IMG/VR virus record: IMGVR_UViG_2799112248_000007
Coordinates: 32,205 to 96,204 of that record
Length of the DNA: 64,000 bases
Origin: a virus
Taxonomy: Duplodnaviria; Caudoviricetes
Direction: 5' to 3' (one strand)
Under the pieces are notes generated by a model. The model was not told where the DNA came from, made no database searches, and saw only the letters and a program-made list of their open reading frames with translations. The position numbers were made by a program, and so were the translations under genes. This document shows positions 29,819-40,512 of the stretch, in pieces. The stretch's first letter is position 1. Every line of letters begins with the position of its first letter.

Positions 29819-30892
29819 ATGACAGTAGTAGGCGGTAATTTAGAGCGCAAAGAGGTAGGATTACCTATTGGTGTTTCAGGAACTCACGATAATACTGAAA
29901 TTAATAGGACAACAGGTTTTCTACAATTGATGCAAGTTGATGTTGATGGTCAAGGAAGACCTATTTATACAGAAAAAGGCTCTTGGACTTCCGATGTGAT
30001 TGATTTAGGCGATAAGTTTAAGGATTTTGAAAAAGTATTTACAACCAATACAAAGAATGAAAGAAGCTCTTTCGCAGTATTAACAAGAGTATCAGACAAT
30101 GGTATAGATTGGTCTGATTGGACTGCTATTGCAATGGATGGAACTATTCAATCTGATATAAAACAATATATTCAAGTTAGAATAAATTTGTTTGCAGGTT
30201 TTGTTACAGATTTATTCATTATTTCAAATTCAGATTTCGAAAAAAATGAATTTGTTTTAGAAAAGAAATTAACTGATAGTGGTTATGCAGTTCCAACTTT
30301 AACATCAAATACATCTTCTTCACTTGGTTTTGCTTTTGCTTCTAGTGAATATAACTATAGCTACGCTCCGTGGAAAGCATTCGATAAAACTGATTCAGGA
30401 TACTATAATACAAAGAATGGTGAAGCGACTGGATTCTTAGGATTTTATTTCAAAGAAAAAAAAGTAATCACTAGGTATAAGGTAAGGAGTGCGAATAGTA
30501 ATCAAACATTGTTTTTTCAATGTTTACCTAAAAATTGGGTTTTACAAGGCAGCAATGACACTACAAATGGTACTGATGGCACTTGGGATGACTTGGATGT
30601 TCAAAACAATCAATCATGGACTACAATAAACACAGATAAGGTATTTGAAGTAAAAAGAGTAAATAAATATCATGCTTATAGACTAAATTGGTCTGCAAAC
30701 AATGGTTATGCGGGTTATTCAATTATTGGAGAACTAGATTTTTATGAAGAAGGAACAACGTCACTAAGTCTTAAACGAGATTATAAATTTGATATGAAAC
30801 TTGACACTAAATGGTCAGATACAGGAAGCTTACACAGACAAAAAATTACTCGTGCTGATTGGTTAAAGATTGATAGACTTGAGGTGTTATAA
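29819..30892 (+). CDS. Tail-tip protein with a discoidin (F5/8C-like) domain (A slot 3)
   Basis: GSWTSDVIDLG N-terminal domain; LTSNTS...PWKAFD...PKNWVLQGSND...YHAYRL discoidin. Confidence 0.75.
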   Translation: MTVVGGNLERKEVGLPIGVSGTHDNTEINRTTGFLQLMQVDVDGQGRPIYTEKGSWTSDVIDLGDKFKDFEKVFTTNTKNERSSFAVLTRVSDNGIDWSDWTAIAMDGTIQSDIKQYIQVRINLFAGFVTDLFIISNSDFEKNEFVLEKKLTDSGYAVPTLTSNTSSSLGFAFASSEYNYSYAPWKAFDKTDSGYYNTKNGEATGFLGFYFKEKKVITRYKVRSANSNQTLFFQCLPKNWVLQGSNDTTNGTDGTWDDLDVQNNQSWTTINTDKVFEVKRVNKYHAYRLNWSANNGYAGYSIIGELDFYEEGTTSLSLKRDYKFDMKLDTKWSDTGSLHRQKITRADWLKIDRLEVL

Positions 30893-32200
30893 ATGGACAT
30901 TGTAACAAGCTATGATAATTGGGGTGGAAAAGGAAACCGAACAACTATACTCAGTGGCAACTCAGAAGTGTTTGATGGAACTGAAACTACCTATATGTAT
31001 TATGGTAATGGTGGGCAAATCAATATTAATATTATTTTCAGTGGGCTAGAAGGAAGATTATATATTGATGGCATTAAAGTAATTAGAACAAACTATGGAT
31101 TTAGTGATAAGCAAATATTATTAAATGATGTAGTAATAGGAACTTTTAACGATAATACAGACTCTCCACTACCTATGTTAAAACTCAAGAGAAATGACAA
31201 ATTAACTATCAAAGGAAAGAACAAAGAAACAGGTGGCGGTACATACCCTACCTATATCAGAGAAATTGAGTTTAAAACATATTATGTTCCTGATAAGTCT
31301 TTTATCTATCATGATGGTGAATATAAAAAAATTGAGCAGAAAAAAACTAGTTCAGCGTTTTATAATGGTACAAATTCCTATATGAGAACAACGAAAGTCC
31401 ACAAATATAACTTAGTGACATTAGAAACTTGGGTCAGACCCCATGCAATAACTAGTACACATCAAGATATTATGTCAAACGTTGAAAATGGAGGACACTC
31501 TATAGGTCTTCTAAACGGAAAACCTTATTCAAGATTTTATTTAAATGGTGCATATAGATATTGTTATGGAAACGAGCTTCCATTAAACCAATGGTCGCAT
31601 ATAGCAACAACATTTGATGGCAAAAATATTATATTTTATGTAAATGGCGTTAAGGTGAGTGAGCTTGCCTATAGTGGAACGGTTGGAAAGACATCTGCTA
31701 TATTTTCATTAGGAGCTAACCCTGCTGTTACCTCTGGATATATAGAGTATTTTCAAGGAGAATTAAAAGATTCAAGAATTTGGACTGTCGCTAGAACAGA
31801 ATTAGAAATATCAGAAAACATGTATCAACTCTCTGAAAAAGATAGTATGTCTGATAATTTAGTAGCATGGTATCCACAAGACGAGACTTTTGGCACAATA
31901 TGTATAGATAAAAGTAAATATGCTAGTAATGGAACTTATTCACAAGCTACTTTTCTTGTTAAGTATTCTACTAAAAAGATACTTACAGTTTCAAACTCCC
32001 TTCCAAATTCTACACAATTCCTAGAGCATGGAATATCTTTAGCTCCTCTATTTGACCGAGAAGTAACACAATTAGAACCTACTGATATGACAAAAAGAAA
32101 TGACATTCTTGGTTTAGGAGAAGTTGGCAAAGTATTTAGTAAAAGTATTGACTTAAAGAAATATTTTGATATTAGAACTATTAGAACTGAGATGAAGTAA
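30893..32200 (+). CDS. LamG-domain receptor-binding protein (A slot 4)
   Basis: TLETWV...WSHIATTFDG...FYVNG...RIW LamG; constant C-terminus KVFSKSIDLKKYFDIR. Confidence 0.75.
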   Translation: MDIVTSYDNWGGKGNRTTILSGNSEVFDGTETTYMYYGNGGQININIIFSGLEGRLYIDGIKVIRTNYGFSDKQILLNDVVIGTFNDNTDSPLPMLKLKRNDKLTIKGKNKETGGGTYPTYIREIEFKTYYVPDKSFIYHDGEYKKIEQKKTSSAFYNGTNSYMRTTKVHKYNLVTLETWVRPHAITSTHQDIMSNVENGGHSIGLLNGKPYSRFYLNGAYRYCYGNELPLNQWSHIATTFDGKNIIFYVNGVKVSELAYSGTVGKTSAIFSLGANPAVTSGYIEYFQGELKDSRIWTVARTELEISENMYQLSEKDSMSDNLVAWYPQDETFGTICIDKSKYASNGTYSQATFLVKYSTKKILTVSNSLPNSTQFLEHGISLAPLFDREVTQLEPTDMTKRNDILGLGEVGKVFSKSIDLKKYFDIRTIRTEMK

Positions 32201-33489
32201 TGAGTGAAACTATTTGGTATGAAACAAACATGACTTCTAATGACAAACCTTCTCCTTTAAAAGCGAGTGCAAGTAGTGAATATCAAGGCGCTAGTTTTTA
32301 TCCTGCATATCAAGCATTTGATGGGAAAGTTGGGGCAGTTAAATTTTGGAGAACTTATACTGATAACTTCCCCTATTGGCTTAAGATAGATTTTAACAAA
32401 AGAATACAAGTTAATAAAGTAAGAGTCCAAGCTACAGACTCAGACCTACCATCTCACCCAACAGAATTTAAGATTTATTCATCTATTGATGATGTAGAAT
32501 ACAAAGAATTAGGTCATTTTACTAATATAAATAGTTGGAGTGCCAATGAGACAAGAGAGTTTAAAATAAATGATACAACAGCTAGATACTTTAGAATCAA
32601 TGTTATAAGCTCAGGAGCAAGTTATACTACTATTGGCGAAGTTACTTATGGCTATGAAAACACTAATAAAACATTTATTTTACATGATGGCGAATATAAA
32701 ACTGTAGAATTAATACCATCCAAAGTAGTAGAGCCTGAAGGTAAGACACCTCAAAGCCTAGTTCCTCTTATGACATCAAATACAGCTCCTATGGGAGTAG
32801 CATTAGCTAGTGAAGAAATCAGTGCAGGAGATAGAGCGTACAGGGCATTTGATGGGAGCTTTAACACTGATAATACAGGATGGATGGCTAACTCAAGAAA
32901 AGCATGGATTCAATATCAATTCGCTAATAACAAGAGGTATAAAGTTATTAAATATAGAATGAAACCAGTGCAAAGAACACCATCAACAGACCCATTTCAT
33001 CTCAATAGAGCGCCTAAAACTTGGACATTTGAAGGTAGTAATGATGGTGTGAATTTTGAAATACTAGATACTCAAAATATGACTAGTTCATGGACTAATA
33101 ATTTCAGAGATTTTGAAATTGACAATGACAAATATTACAATATTTATCGTGTTAATATTACAGCACCAATGTCAGATTCAGAAACTTATATCACTATTGG
33201 TGAAATTCAATATATAGGTAAAATTTTCAGCGAGGATGAACTTACTGTTATCTATGATAAACAATGGACTACAATACCATCAACTCTTCCAACTCACACT
33301 AAATTTAATGATTATGGGATGGACAACCTATCTCCTCTATTAGACCGAGCAGTAACAGAGTTTGCGCCTTTACCAATGTCAGATAAAAGTGAGATTTTAG
33401 GTGTTGATGTTATAGGAAAAGTGTTTAGTAAAACTATTGATTTAAAGAAATATTTTGATATAAGGAGTATCAGAACTCAGGTGAAGTAA
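32200..33489 (+). CDS. Double discoidin-domain receptor-binding protein (A slot 5)
   Basis: Two MTSN...ASSE...AFDG domains; constant KYFDIR C-terminus. Confidence 0.75.
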   Translation: MSETIWYETNMTSNDKPSPLKASASSEYQGASFYPAYQAFDGKVGAVKFWRTYTDNFPYWLKIDFNKRIQVNKVRVQATDSDLPSHPTEFKIYSSIDDVEYKELGHFTNINSWSANETREFKINDTTARYFRINVISSGASYTTIGEVTYGYENTNKTFILHDGEYKTVELIPSKVVEPEGKTPQSLVPLMTSNTAPMGVALASEEISAGDRAYRAFDGSFNTDNTGWMANSRKAWIQYQFANNKRYKVIKYRMKPVQRTPSTDPFHLNRAPKTWTFEGSNDGVNFEILDTQNMTSSWTNNFRDFEIDNDKYYNIYRVNITAPMSDSETYITIGEIQYIGKIFSEDELTVIYDKQWTTIPSTLPTHTKFNDYGMDNLSPLLDRAVTEFAPLPMSDKSEILGVDVIGKVFSKTIDLKKYFDIRSIRTQVK

Positions 33490-33490
33490 T

Positions 33491-34734
33491 ATGACAATAT
33501 CTTTGATTGATGGTCGTTGGAACTCTACAAATGACTACACAGTAACAAATGGAGTTTTATCATCAAAAAGTACAATTGGCTCTAGATTTCTTGGAGAAGG
33601 TAAATTTTATTTTGAAATCACCAATACCACAGCTACAACAAATAGATGGATAGGTGTAACTTCTAAAACAGACCCTGCATGGGTTAGTTATGGTAATATG
33701 GTTGGAACATTTAGAAATAATGTAAGTCTTACTGCTTTAACTACTAATGCTGTATATGGGTTTCACTTAGACTTAACCTCTACTGAAAAAGGTAGATTGA
33801 GATATAACATCAATGGAGGGGTTTTCTCAAATTGGTTTGATATTGTTGATTATGCAGGAAACACCTTTAATGAAATAAAGCCTGCAATCGGAAGTTCCTC
33901 TAGCTCAAATGGAGAAACCCCTTTCTTTATTAATACAGGACAAATAAAATTTTATAATGATATAAAAGAGTTATCTAACGATAAAGAGTTCATAGACACT
34001 TATTTTTTTGATGGAAGTGGCTCTATTAAAGCCATAAGATTCTTCTTCAATCAAGCAATAAAACTTACTCATTAGATTCAATTGACACTGTATACGAAAC
34101 AAAAATGACATCTAATACTGCCCCTGCTCCATTAATTGCAAGTGCAAGTAGTGAATTTAGTACAACATATCCTGCATGGAAAGCTTTTAATGGCACTAAT
34201 ACAGGTGGTAACTATGACTATTGGATTAGTGTTGCAGGAACAACAGGTTGGATACAAATTAATTATGGTAAAAGAGTTCATGTTAATATCCTTGAGTTAA
34301 GTTCCACAATGTTAACACAACAAGTAGCAAATGGTATGCCAAAAGACTTCAATATTTTAGCGTCAAATGACAATTCTAAATTTATAAAATTAGCTGAATT
34401 TAAAGAACAGACATGGAACAATGGAGAAACTAAAAAATATAAATTTAGAAACAACATTGCATATCAGTATTACAGAATAGAGATATTTAGTACTAATGGA
34501 TATGGATATGTGTGTATTGGGGAGATATTATTCAAAAGCATAAGAAACATTACTATAGAAATACCAAAAATAAATGTAAATAATTTTGTCAAATATGGTG
34601 TATCTGACCTTAAAAATTTAAATAGAGTTAATGATAGTAAAAACTATATTTTACAAAATGAAGTATCAGAAAACGAAGATGGATTGTGGCCAACTAAACT
34701 AGATAGAAAACCATTAAGTATAGGATTTAATTAA
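33491..34734 (+). pseudogene. SPRY-like plus discoidin protein split by a frameshift near 34030 (A slot 6; ORFs 33491-34075 and 34105-34734)
   Basis: Alternate frame reads SHKILLQSSNKTYSLDSIDTVYETKMTSN, the linker seen in intact paralogues; ends with KLDRKPLSIGFN. Confidence 0.75.
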
Positions 34735-34760
34735 AATAAAGGGTGAGGTGAATCATAAAA

Positions 34761-35888
34761 ATGAATTGGTATTTAAAAGTAGAAGGCTCAGGCGGAGGAA
34801 CTAGTGGCAGTGGAATACTACTTATTGAAGTATATGACCAAAAAGGGAATTTAGTAAAACTAACTAAAAACGATGTCATTGAAACTAATGCTACATCACG
34901 AATTGCAGATGATAATTATCTTCAAATGTTCCAAACAAGAAGTTCATTACAACCATACAATGGGATTGCGAGTGGAATTTTTTATATCATAAGATTACCT
35001 AATTATGTTGATGGTTTTGCAAAAGTTGTTTTAAAGAATTGGACAAATACTTCTTATGATATTAGAAACATTAAAGTAAGTGTTTCAAAAGATAATAAAA
35101 AATATGAAGAAGTTTATTATGGTTCTTTTGCAACAAGTGAAGAAAAAACAGTTTTGCAAAACTATTCTTTAGGAATGCATAGACTTCTTCTTCAATCAAA
35201 TAACAAAATATATTCATTAAAAGAATCAGATAAAGATGGTATTTGGTATGAAACTAAAATGACTTCTGATACTTCCCCCTCCCCTTTAAATTCTAGCGCT
35301 AGTAGTATTTGGAGTTCTACTTTTCAAGCTTGGAAAGCATTTAATGGAACAAATATTGATAGTAATGATTGTTGGGTAACAGTTGGTGGTTCTATAGCAG
35401 GTTGGATTCAACTAGACTTCGGTTCTCCTAAATACTGTAATCAAATAAAACTTACTTCTAGGTCAGGAAGCACAGCAAATGCTTGTCCAAAGGATTTTAC
35501 AATAAGTGCATCAAATGATGGTTTAACTTTTGATGTAATAGCAAATATTACAGGACAGACAAAGTGGGCATTGAATGAAACACGTATAATTACATTCAAA
35601 AACGTTAGAAAATATCGCATATATAGGCTAACAGTGATTTCGAATGACGGATACAGTAGTTATAGTGCTATTGGAGAATTGCAATTCGGATATAAAGGTA
35701 ACACTGTTTTTGACTTGCCTAAATGTTCACAAAAAAACTTCATTGAATATGGTCAAAAAGAGCTGTTAAATCTAAATGAACCAATCCCTACTAAAAGTTA
35801 CATTTTACAAGATGAAGCTTCAAAAAATGAGCAAGGTCTTTTAACAACTAAATTAGACAAAAAACCACTCATCATTAGTTTTGAATAG
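34761..35888 (+). CDS. Discoidin-domain receptor-binding protein (A slot 7)
   Basis: Variable N-terminal domain, discoidin, constant TTKLDKKPL C-terminus. Confidence 0.75.
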   Translation: MNWYLKVEGSGGGTSGSGILLIEVYDQKGNLVKLTKNDVIETNATSRIADDNYLQMFQTRSSLQPYNGIASGIFYIIRLPNYVDGFAKVVLKNWTNTSYDIRNIKVSVSKDNKKYEEVYYGSFATSEEKTVLQNYSLGMHRLLLQSNNKIYSLKESDKDGIWYETKMTSDTSPSPLNSSASSIWSSTFQAWKAFNGTNIDSNDCWVTVGGSIAGWIQLDFGSPKYCNQIKLTSRSGSTANACPKDFTISASNDGLTFDVIANITGQTKWALNETRIITFKNVRKYRIYRLTVISNDGYSSYSAIGELQFGYKGNTVFDLPKCSQKNFIEYGQKELLNLNEPIPTKSYILQDEASKNEQGLLTTKLDKKPLIISFE

Positions 35889-35981
35889 TTAAAAACAGTT
35901 TTAAATTGTTTTAAACTATTTAAAATGTCGCTGAGTTTTTATTTTGATTTTCTTAATACAATAAGAAAGGAATGATTTACA

Positions 35982-37187
35982 ATGGCGGTTGGCACTCAAT
36001 ATAGCGTTGCAGAGAATGGATGGATAAGATTCGAGGAAAATAACTCCAATTTTGAATATTCTACAGGATGGACTAATTGGAGTGGTATAGACACAAGTGG
36101 AGGTACTGACAAAAGAACAAACACAGTTGGTCAAACTATAAAATTTGGTTTCATAGGAAATTCAATTAGAATAATAGCTCCTATTAATAAGGATTTATCA
36201 AACTCATTAAAGATTTCTATAGATGGAAAAGAAGAAGATTTCACTGAATATAACGCTACATTAGTTTGGAGAGTTTGTGTATACGAAAAAACAGGATTAT
36301 CAAATAAAAAACACTCTGTAGTTATTACAACTAATTCTACTGCAACAAATATTTTAGATGCTGTGGACTTGGTGTTAGGTAGCTCGATAATTCCTTACCA
36401 AGATAGTCTTCCTATCAGAAAAATGGTCTTACAAAACCCTAGTAACTCTACTCAATATTATTCCCTTTCAGACAACACTCTAATTCACCTACCTGATAAC
36501 TCACATAAAAACATGATTTTACATGGCATTGAACAAGGCAAAGAGATTCAATTAGATGTGCTTTTTACTAAGCATAATTACTTTAATGACACACCTATTG
36601 CTAATGTGAGTGGCAAAGTGTTCACACATGATATTGGTGAAATCAATACCTTGAATATCAAAGAAATAAGTGACAATAGTAGTGAACCTATCTTTACTTG
36701 GTACAATACAAATATGACTTCCGATACAGCACCAAGCCCTCTTGTTGCTAGTGCTAGTAGCTCGTACAGTGCAGACTATTTGCCATTTAGAGCTTTTGAT
36801 GGCTCTATAGAATTATTACCAAATGGTGCTAATAGCACATGGCTAACTGCTAATAATGTTACTACTGGATTTATTCAAATAGATTTTGGTACAAATAAAA
36901 AGGTTAATATATTTAAGATTTATCCAAGACAAAATGAGCTTGCAAATGCAGGTATTTCAGCAACTCCAAAAAGGTTTACCTTGATGGGTTCTAATGATGG
37001 AAGCAATTTCAGTAAGATAAAGGAATTTGAAAATATTGTTTGGAATAACCTACGTGAAAAACAATTTGTTTTAGATAGCGAAGTCAATTATAGATTTTAC
37101 AAAATAGATGTTATGGAAAATAACGGTAGTACGTTGTATGTTGCAATAGGAGAATTATTATTTGGATATAAAAGAGAGGTGAATTAA
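35982..37187 (+). CDS. Carbohydrate-binding jelly-roll plus discoidin protein (A slot 8)
   Basis: ENGWIRFEE...F.G.SIRII...LDAVD domain, constant DNTLIHLPDNS linker, discoidin, GYKREV end. Confidence 0.75.
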   Translation: MAVGTQYSVAENGWIRFEENNSNFEYSTGWTNWSGIDTSGGTDKRTNTVGQTIKFGFIGNSIRIIAPINKDLSNSLKISIDGKEEDFTEYNATLVWRVCVYEKTGLSNKKHSVVITTNSTATNILDAVDLVLGSSIIPYQDSLPIRKMVLQNPSNSTQYYSLSDNTLIHLPDNSHKNMILHGIEQGKEIQLDVLFTKHNYFNDTPIANVSGKVFTHDIGEINTLNIKEISDNSSEPIFTWYNTNMTSDTAPSPLVASASSSYSADYLPFRAFDGSIELLPNGANSTWLTANNVTTGFIQIDFGTNKKVNIFKIYPRQNELANAGISATPKRFTLMGSNDGSNFSKIKEFENIVWNNLREKQFVLDSEVNYRFYKIDVMENNGSTLYVAIGELLFGYKREVN

Positions 37188-37188
37188 T

Positions 37189-38142
37189 TTGTCAACTACA
37201 GAAAATTTAATGGCACAATATGGTGTCGCATGGTTTGGTTTTGATGAGCCTAGTGGAAACGTTGTAGACAAGTTAGGTAATAGTTATGTTGGAACTGTTA
37301 CAGGAGCAACAAGAGTTGGTGGTTGGAATGGTAAAGGTTATACCATGAATTTTAATGGTACTAGCGATAGATTAGAGTTTAATAATAAAGTACTTCCATT
37401 AGGCGAAAAAACAGTATCTTTCAAAATAAAAACAGAAAGTTATAGTACAACTACTCAAGCTATTATGGAAAATTATACAACAACATCATCTAATAGTTTT
37501 GGTTATCTTTTTGCTATAAATTCAGGGAGAGTATCTGTAAATTGGTATACTTCTGCAAATCCTCTTACAAACTCTTTGTCATTAGTGACACCTCCTAATA
37601 TTAATCTATGTGATGGGAAATGGCACAGTATACTATTCTCATGGACAGGGAGAGTAAAAGATGTTGCAAAACTATATTTAGATGATGAACTAGTATCAAC
37701 GGTTAAACCATCACAAACAGAAACTAGTGCTAATTATACAGGTCAAAACCTTAGTATTGGTGGAATGAAATTCACGAGCTATAGATACTGGTTTGCAGGT
37801 CAGGTTGATGATTTACAAATCTACAACAAAGCTCTCTCCCCTTCTGACTTCACTCAAAAGCGTTTAGTAGTTAAAACAACAGATAATAAAAACCTTGTTT
37901 TATCTCCTACCTCAACTCGTGTGAAAGAGATTCCTAACACAGCAGAATATATGATGTTAGCTCAAGGTGGAGTAGTTAGAGAGATTGACTCAGCAGTTGA
38001 TAATCAACCAATTGATTTCACTAAAATTACAACTGAATATGAGATTGTAAACAACGATAAAACACCTTTAGGGAAAAATAGAATGATTACTATTCCTATT
38101 GGGAGTGATTTTAAAACAGCAATGATTGAGGACAACTATTAA
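37189..38142 (+). CDS. LamG-domain protein (A slot 9)
   Basis: WFGFDEPSGN...DGKWH...DDLQIYNKAL; constant C-terminus ending IEDNY. Confidence 0.75.
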   Translation: MSTTENLMAQYGVAWFGFDEPSGNVVDKLGNSYVGTVTGATRVGGWNGKGYTMNFNGTSDRLEFNNKVLPLGEKTVSFKIKTESYSTTTQAIMENYTTTSSNSFGYLFAINSGRVSVNWYTSANPLTNSLSLVTPPNINLCDGKWHSILFSWTGRVKDVAKLYLDDELVSTVKPSQTETSANYTGQNLSIGGMKFTSYRYWFAGQVDDLQIYNKALSPSDFTQKRLVVKTTDNKNLVLSPTSTRVKEIPNTAEYMMLAQGGVVREIDSAVDNQPIDFTKITTEYEIVNNDKTPLGKNRMITIPIGSDFKTAMIEDNY

Positions 38143-38186
38143 ACTAGTTGTCCTTTTATTATGGAAAAATATTGGAGGTCAATACA

Positions 38187-40481
38187 ATGGCTAATAGTAA
38201 AGATAATTTAAGTAAATATGGTAAGGCATTTATTGGTTTTGATGAATCTAGTGGCAATACTATGGATTCTATAGGTGGATATTCAGGAACACTTGTTAAT
38301 ACCCCAACTCGTGTAACAGGTTGGAATGGTAAAGGTTATGCTATGAGTTTTAATGGTAGTCAAAAAATTTCGTTTACTGACTTATTACCTGTTGGTGTGC
38401 ATTCTTTAAGGTTCAAGTTTAAATTAGGAAACATCCTTACCAATGGTTATATTTTATCAAACTCAGGTTCTTATAAAGACTATAAAGGTTTGGCTATAGC
38501 TTTTAATGATAGGGGAAGATTAGAGATAGGAGAAACATATGCTCCTAATCAATTCAATTACTTAACACAGGATACTGTAGGTAATTTCAAAGATAACAAG
38601 TGGCACGATTTTTTACTAGTAAGAAGCTTAACAGATGTGAAAGTATATATAGATGACATGTCAACCCCTCTTTTCCAAGCTGTGACAGCTAATTCTTATA
38701 ACGGTGCAGTTAGACCACTTTTTGTAGGTGGAGTACATGATACTAATGCTAGTGCATTTATTGGAGAATTAGACCAAATCGAAATATACGATAGAGTTAT
38801 CTCTCCTATTCCTGATAAATATCTAATTCAACACAACTCACAATACAAATACCATGATGGTACTGCTTGGCAACTAACAACAAACACAGAAGAAAACTTC
38901 ATCCAATATGGTATGAACAATTTAAACCATATCACAGAAAAACAATGGAAAGAGCTATCAGGTGATAAATCAGTAGTTATGTGGTCTGATTTCGAGGATA
39001 AACAATATGCTTCTGTTGTGTTAAATAAAAAGGAATTTAAAGCACAGGATTTATTAGGTGACAATCCTCAAGCTATTTACTACACCGACTCAGACGCTTC
39101 ACAAATCGTTGTAGAGACAGGTGTTGATGAATACAGTGTGTATGACTATATCGGTGAATTACCTACTGTAGTGGCTTATACAGAATCCACAGACGATATT
39201 ATCGTATCAACAGCAGTTGAGCCATTCGACATCTACGATGAATTTGGTGATAGTGTTGAAGTTCTTTATTACACAGATGATGAAGCTGTAAAAGAAGCCG
39301 ACTTAATCCTAGAAGCTAATTGGTCGCCTGTCGATGAACTAGAAGGTGACTTCGAAGTTGTGACATGGACAGATGAAGCCCCTGAGACTGCTCAAAGAGT
39401 GCTTGAAATGAAAGCAGTACCAAAACCTCAATTCATTAAATTAACAAGCCCTAAACGTGTGTATGGGGCTTTAGACGATGTGTTTGTTAACGACATCTCT
39501 CAGTCATATCGAGATGAAGGTCGCTACTTTGTCACAGGTGAAGAAACTGATAAATGGTATGTTTGGGATAAAAAGGATAATAAATTCGTGGTTGCCGATG
39601 CTTCTACTGAGCAAGCAATCATGAAGAATGGTATGACACAAAAAATCTTAAATAGTATCACCGATAAACAATGGCGCACATGGAAAAGTGAATATTTTAA
39701 TATTGGTATGTTCTTAGTAGATAATCCTCGTGACACTATCAAAACAATTGTTGAGACTGTTTCATTTGAAGACTACCTTCCTCGTAATACTACAACTATT
39801 AAGGATACAAGTTTATATATTTTAAATACTACTGCTAAGATTGATATTTCGATAGATGGTAATATTCTAAAAGGTATTTTAAGTGATGATGATTTAACTC
39901 GTGTTCAATATCGTGTCCTATTAAACAATGGGAACTTCTACCCTTCTGATGGAAGCTTTACTAAACTTGGCGAATCACCTCAAAACATTGAGTTAGTTAT
40001 CGGAAGTAAAGATATTAAGATTGATGATTGGAATACTCTTAAAGTAGAGTTCCAAGACTATTATGGTACTACTGACTATTGGTCAACTCGGTTCATAGGA
40101 ACATACTCAGGTCTTATGTTTAAAGATATATATGGGAAATACTTCTCTAGTGAGATTGGTGAGGTTCTACAGTATCTTGACTTTGGTATTATCATTGCAG
40201 GTCAAACTACTATGGAGCATGAAATCATTCTTAAAAATCAGTATGGATACGATGTTGAGAATGTGCATCTATATGCAAACACAGCAAACTTCCCTACTGG
40301 CATGACTTGTGAGTTTAGCACAAGCAATTCCCCTTTCATTCCTCAGCCTGATTTAAAACTAAGTGGTGTGCTAAAAAACAACGAAGAAAAGTCATTCTTC
40401 ATTAGACTAAAAACTGAATTAGGTTCAACGCCTGACGCTAACGGTTCATTTGACATTATCGTGAGAGCAGATAAAGCCTAA
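38187..40481 (+). CDS. LamG-domain plus large acidic constant region protein (A slot 10)
   Basis: GGAGG RBS before ATG at 38187; variable LamG then a long region near-identical to the copy at 62290-64000. Confidence 0.78.
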   Translation: MANSKDNLSKYGKAFIGFDESSGNTMDSIGGYSGTLVNTPTRVTGWNGKGYAMSFNGSQKISFTDLLPVGVHSLRFKFKLGNILTNGYILSNSGSYKDYKGLAIAFNDRGRLEIGETYAPNQFNYLTQDTVGNFKDNKWHDFLLVRSLTDVKVYIDDMSTPLFQAVTANSYNGAVRPLFVGGVHDTNASAFIGELDQIEIYDRVISPIPDKYLIQHNSQYKYHDGTAWQLTTNTEENFIQYGMNNLNHITEKQWKELSGDKSVVMWSDFEDKQYASVVLNKKEFKAQDLLGDNPQAIYYTDSDASQIVVETGVDEYSVYDYIGELPTVVAYTESTDDIIVSTAVEPFDIYDEFGDSVEVLYYTDDEAVKEADLILEANWSPVDELEGDFEVVTWTDEAPETAQRVLEMKAVPKPQFIKLTSPKRVYGALDDVFVNDISQSYRDEGRYFVTGEETDKWYVWDKKDNKFVVADASTEQAIMKNGMTQKILNSITDKQWRTWKSEYFNIGMFLVDNPRDTIKTIVETVSFEDYLPRNTTTIKDTSLYILNTTAKIDISIDGNILKGILSDDDLTRVQYRVLLNNGNFYPSDGSFTKLGESPQNIELVIGSKDIKIDDWNTLKVEFQDYYGTTDYWSTRFIGTYSGLMFKDIYGKYFSSEIGEVLQYLDFGIIIAGQTTMEHEIILKNQYGYDVENVHLYANTANFPTGMTCEFSTSNSPFIPQPDLKLSGVLKNNEEKSFFIRLKTELGSTPDANGSFDIIVRADKA

Positions 40482-40512
40482 TCACAATACAATGTGATAA
40501 GGAAGTGTAATC

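Larger units (their letters stand above)
27967..40481 (+). repeat. Receptor-binding cassette copy A (contiguous with the tail operon)
   Basis: Slots 0-10 have paralogues in the same order at 44217-53080 and 53190-64000. Confidence 0.9.
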
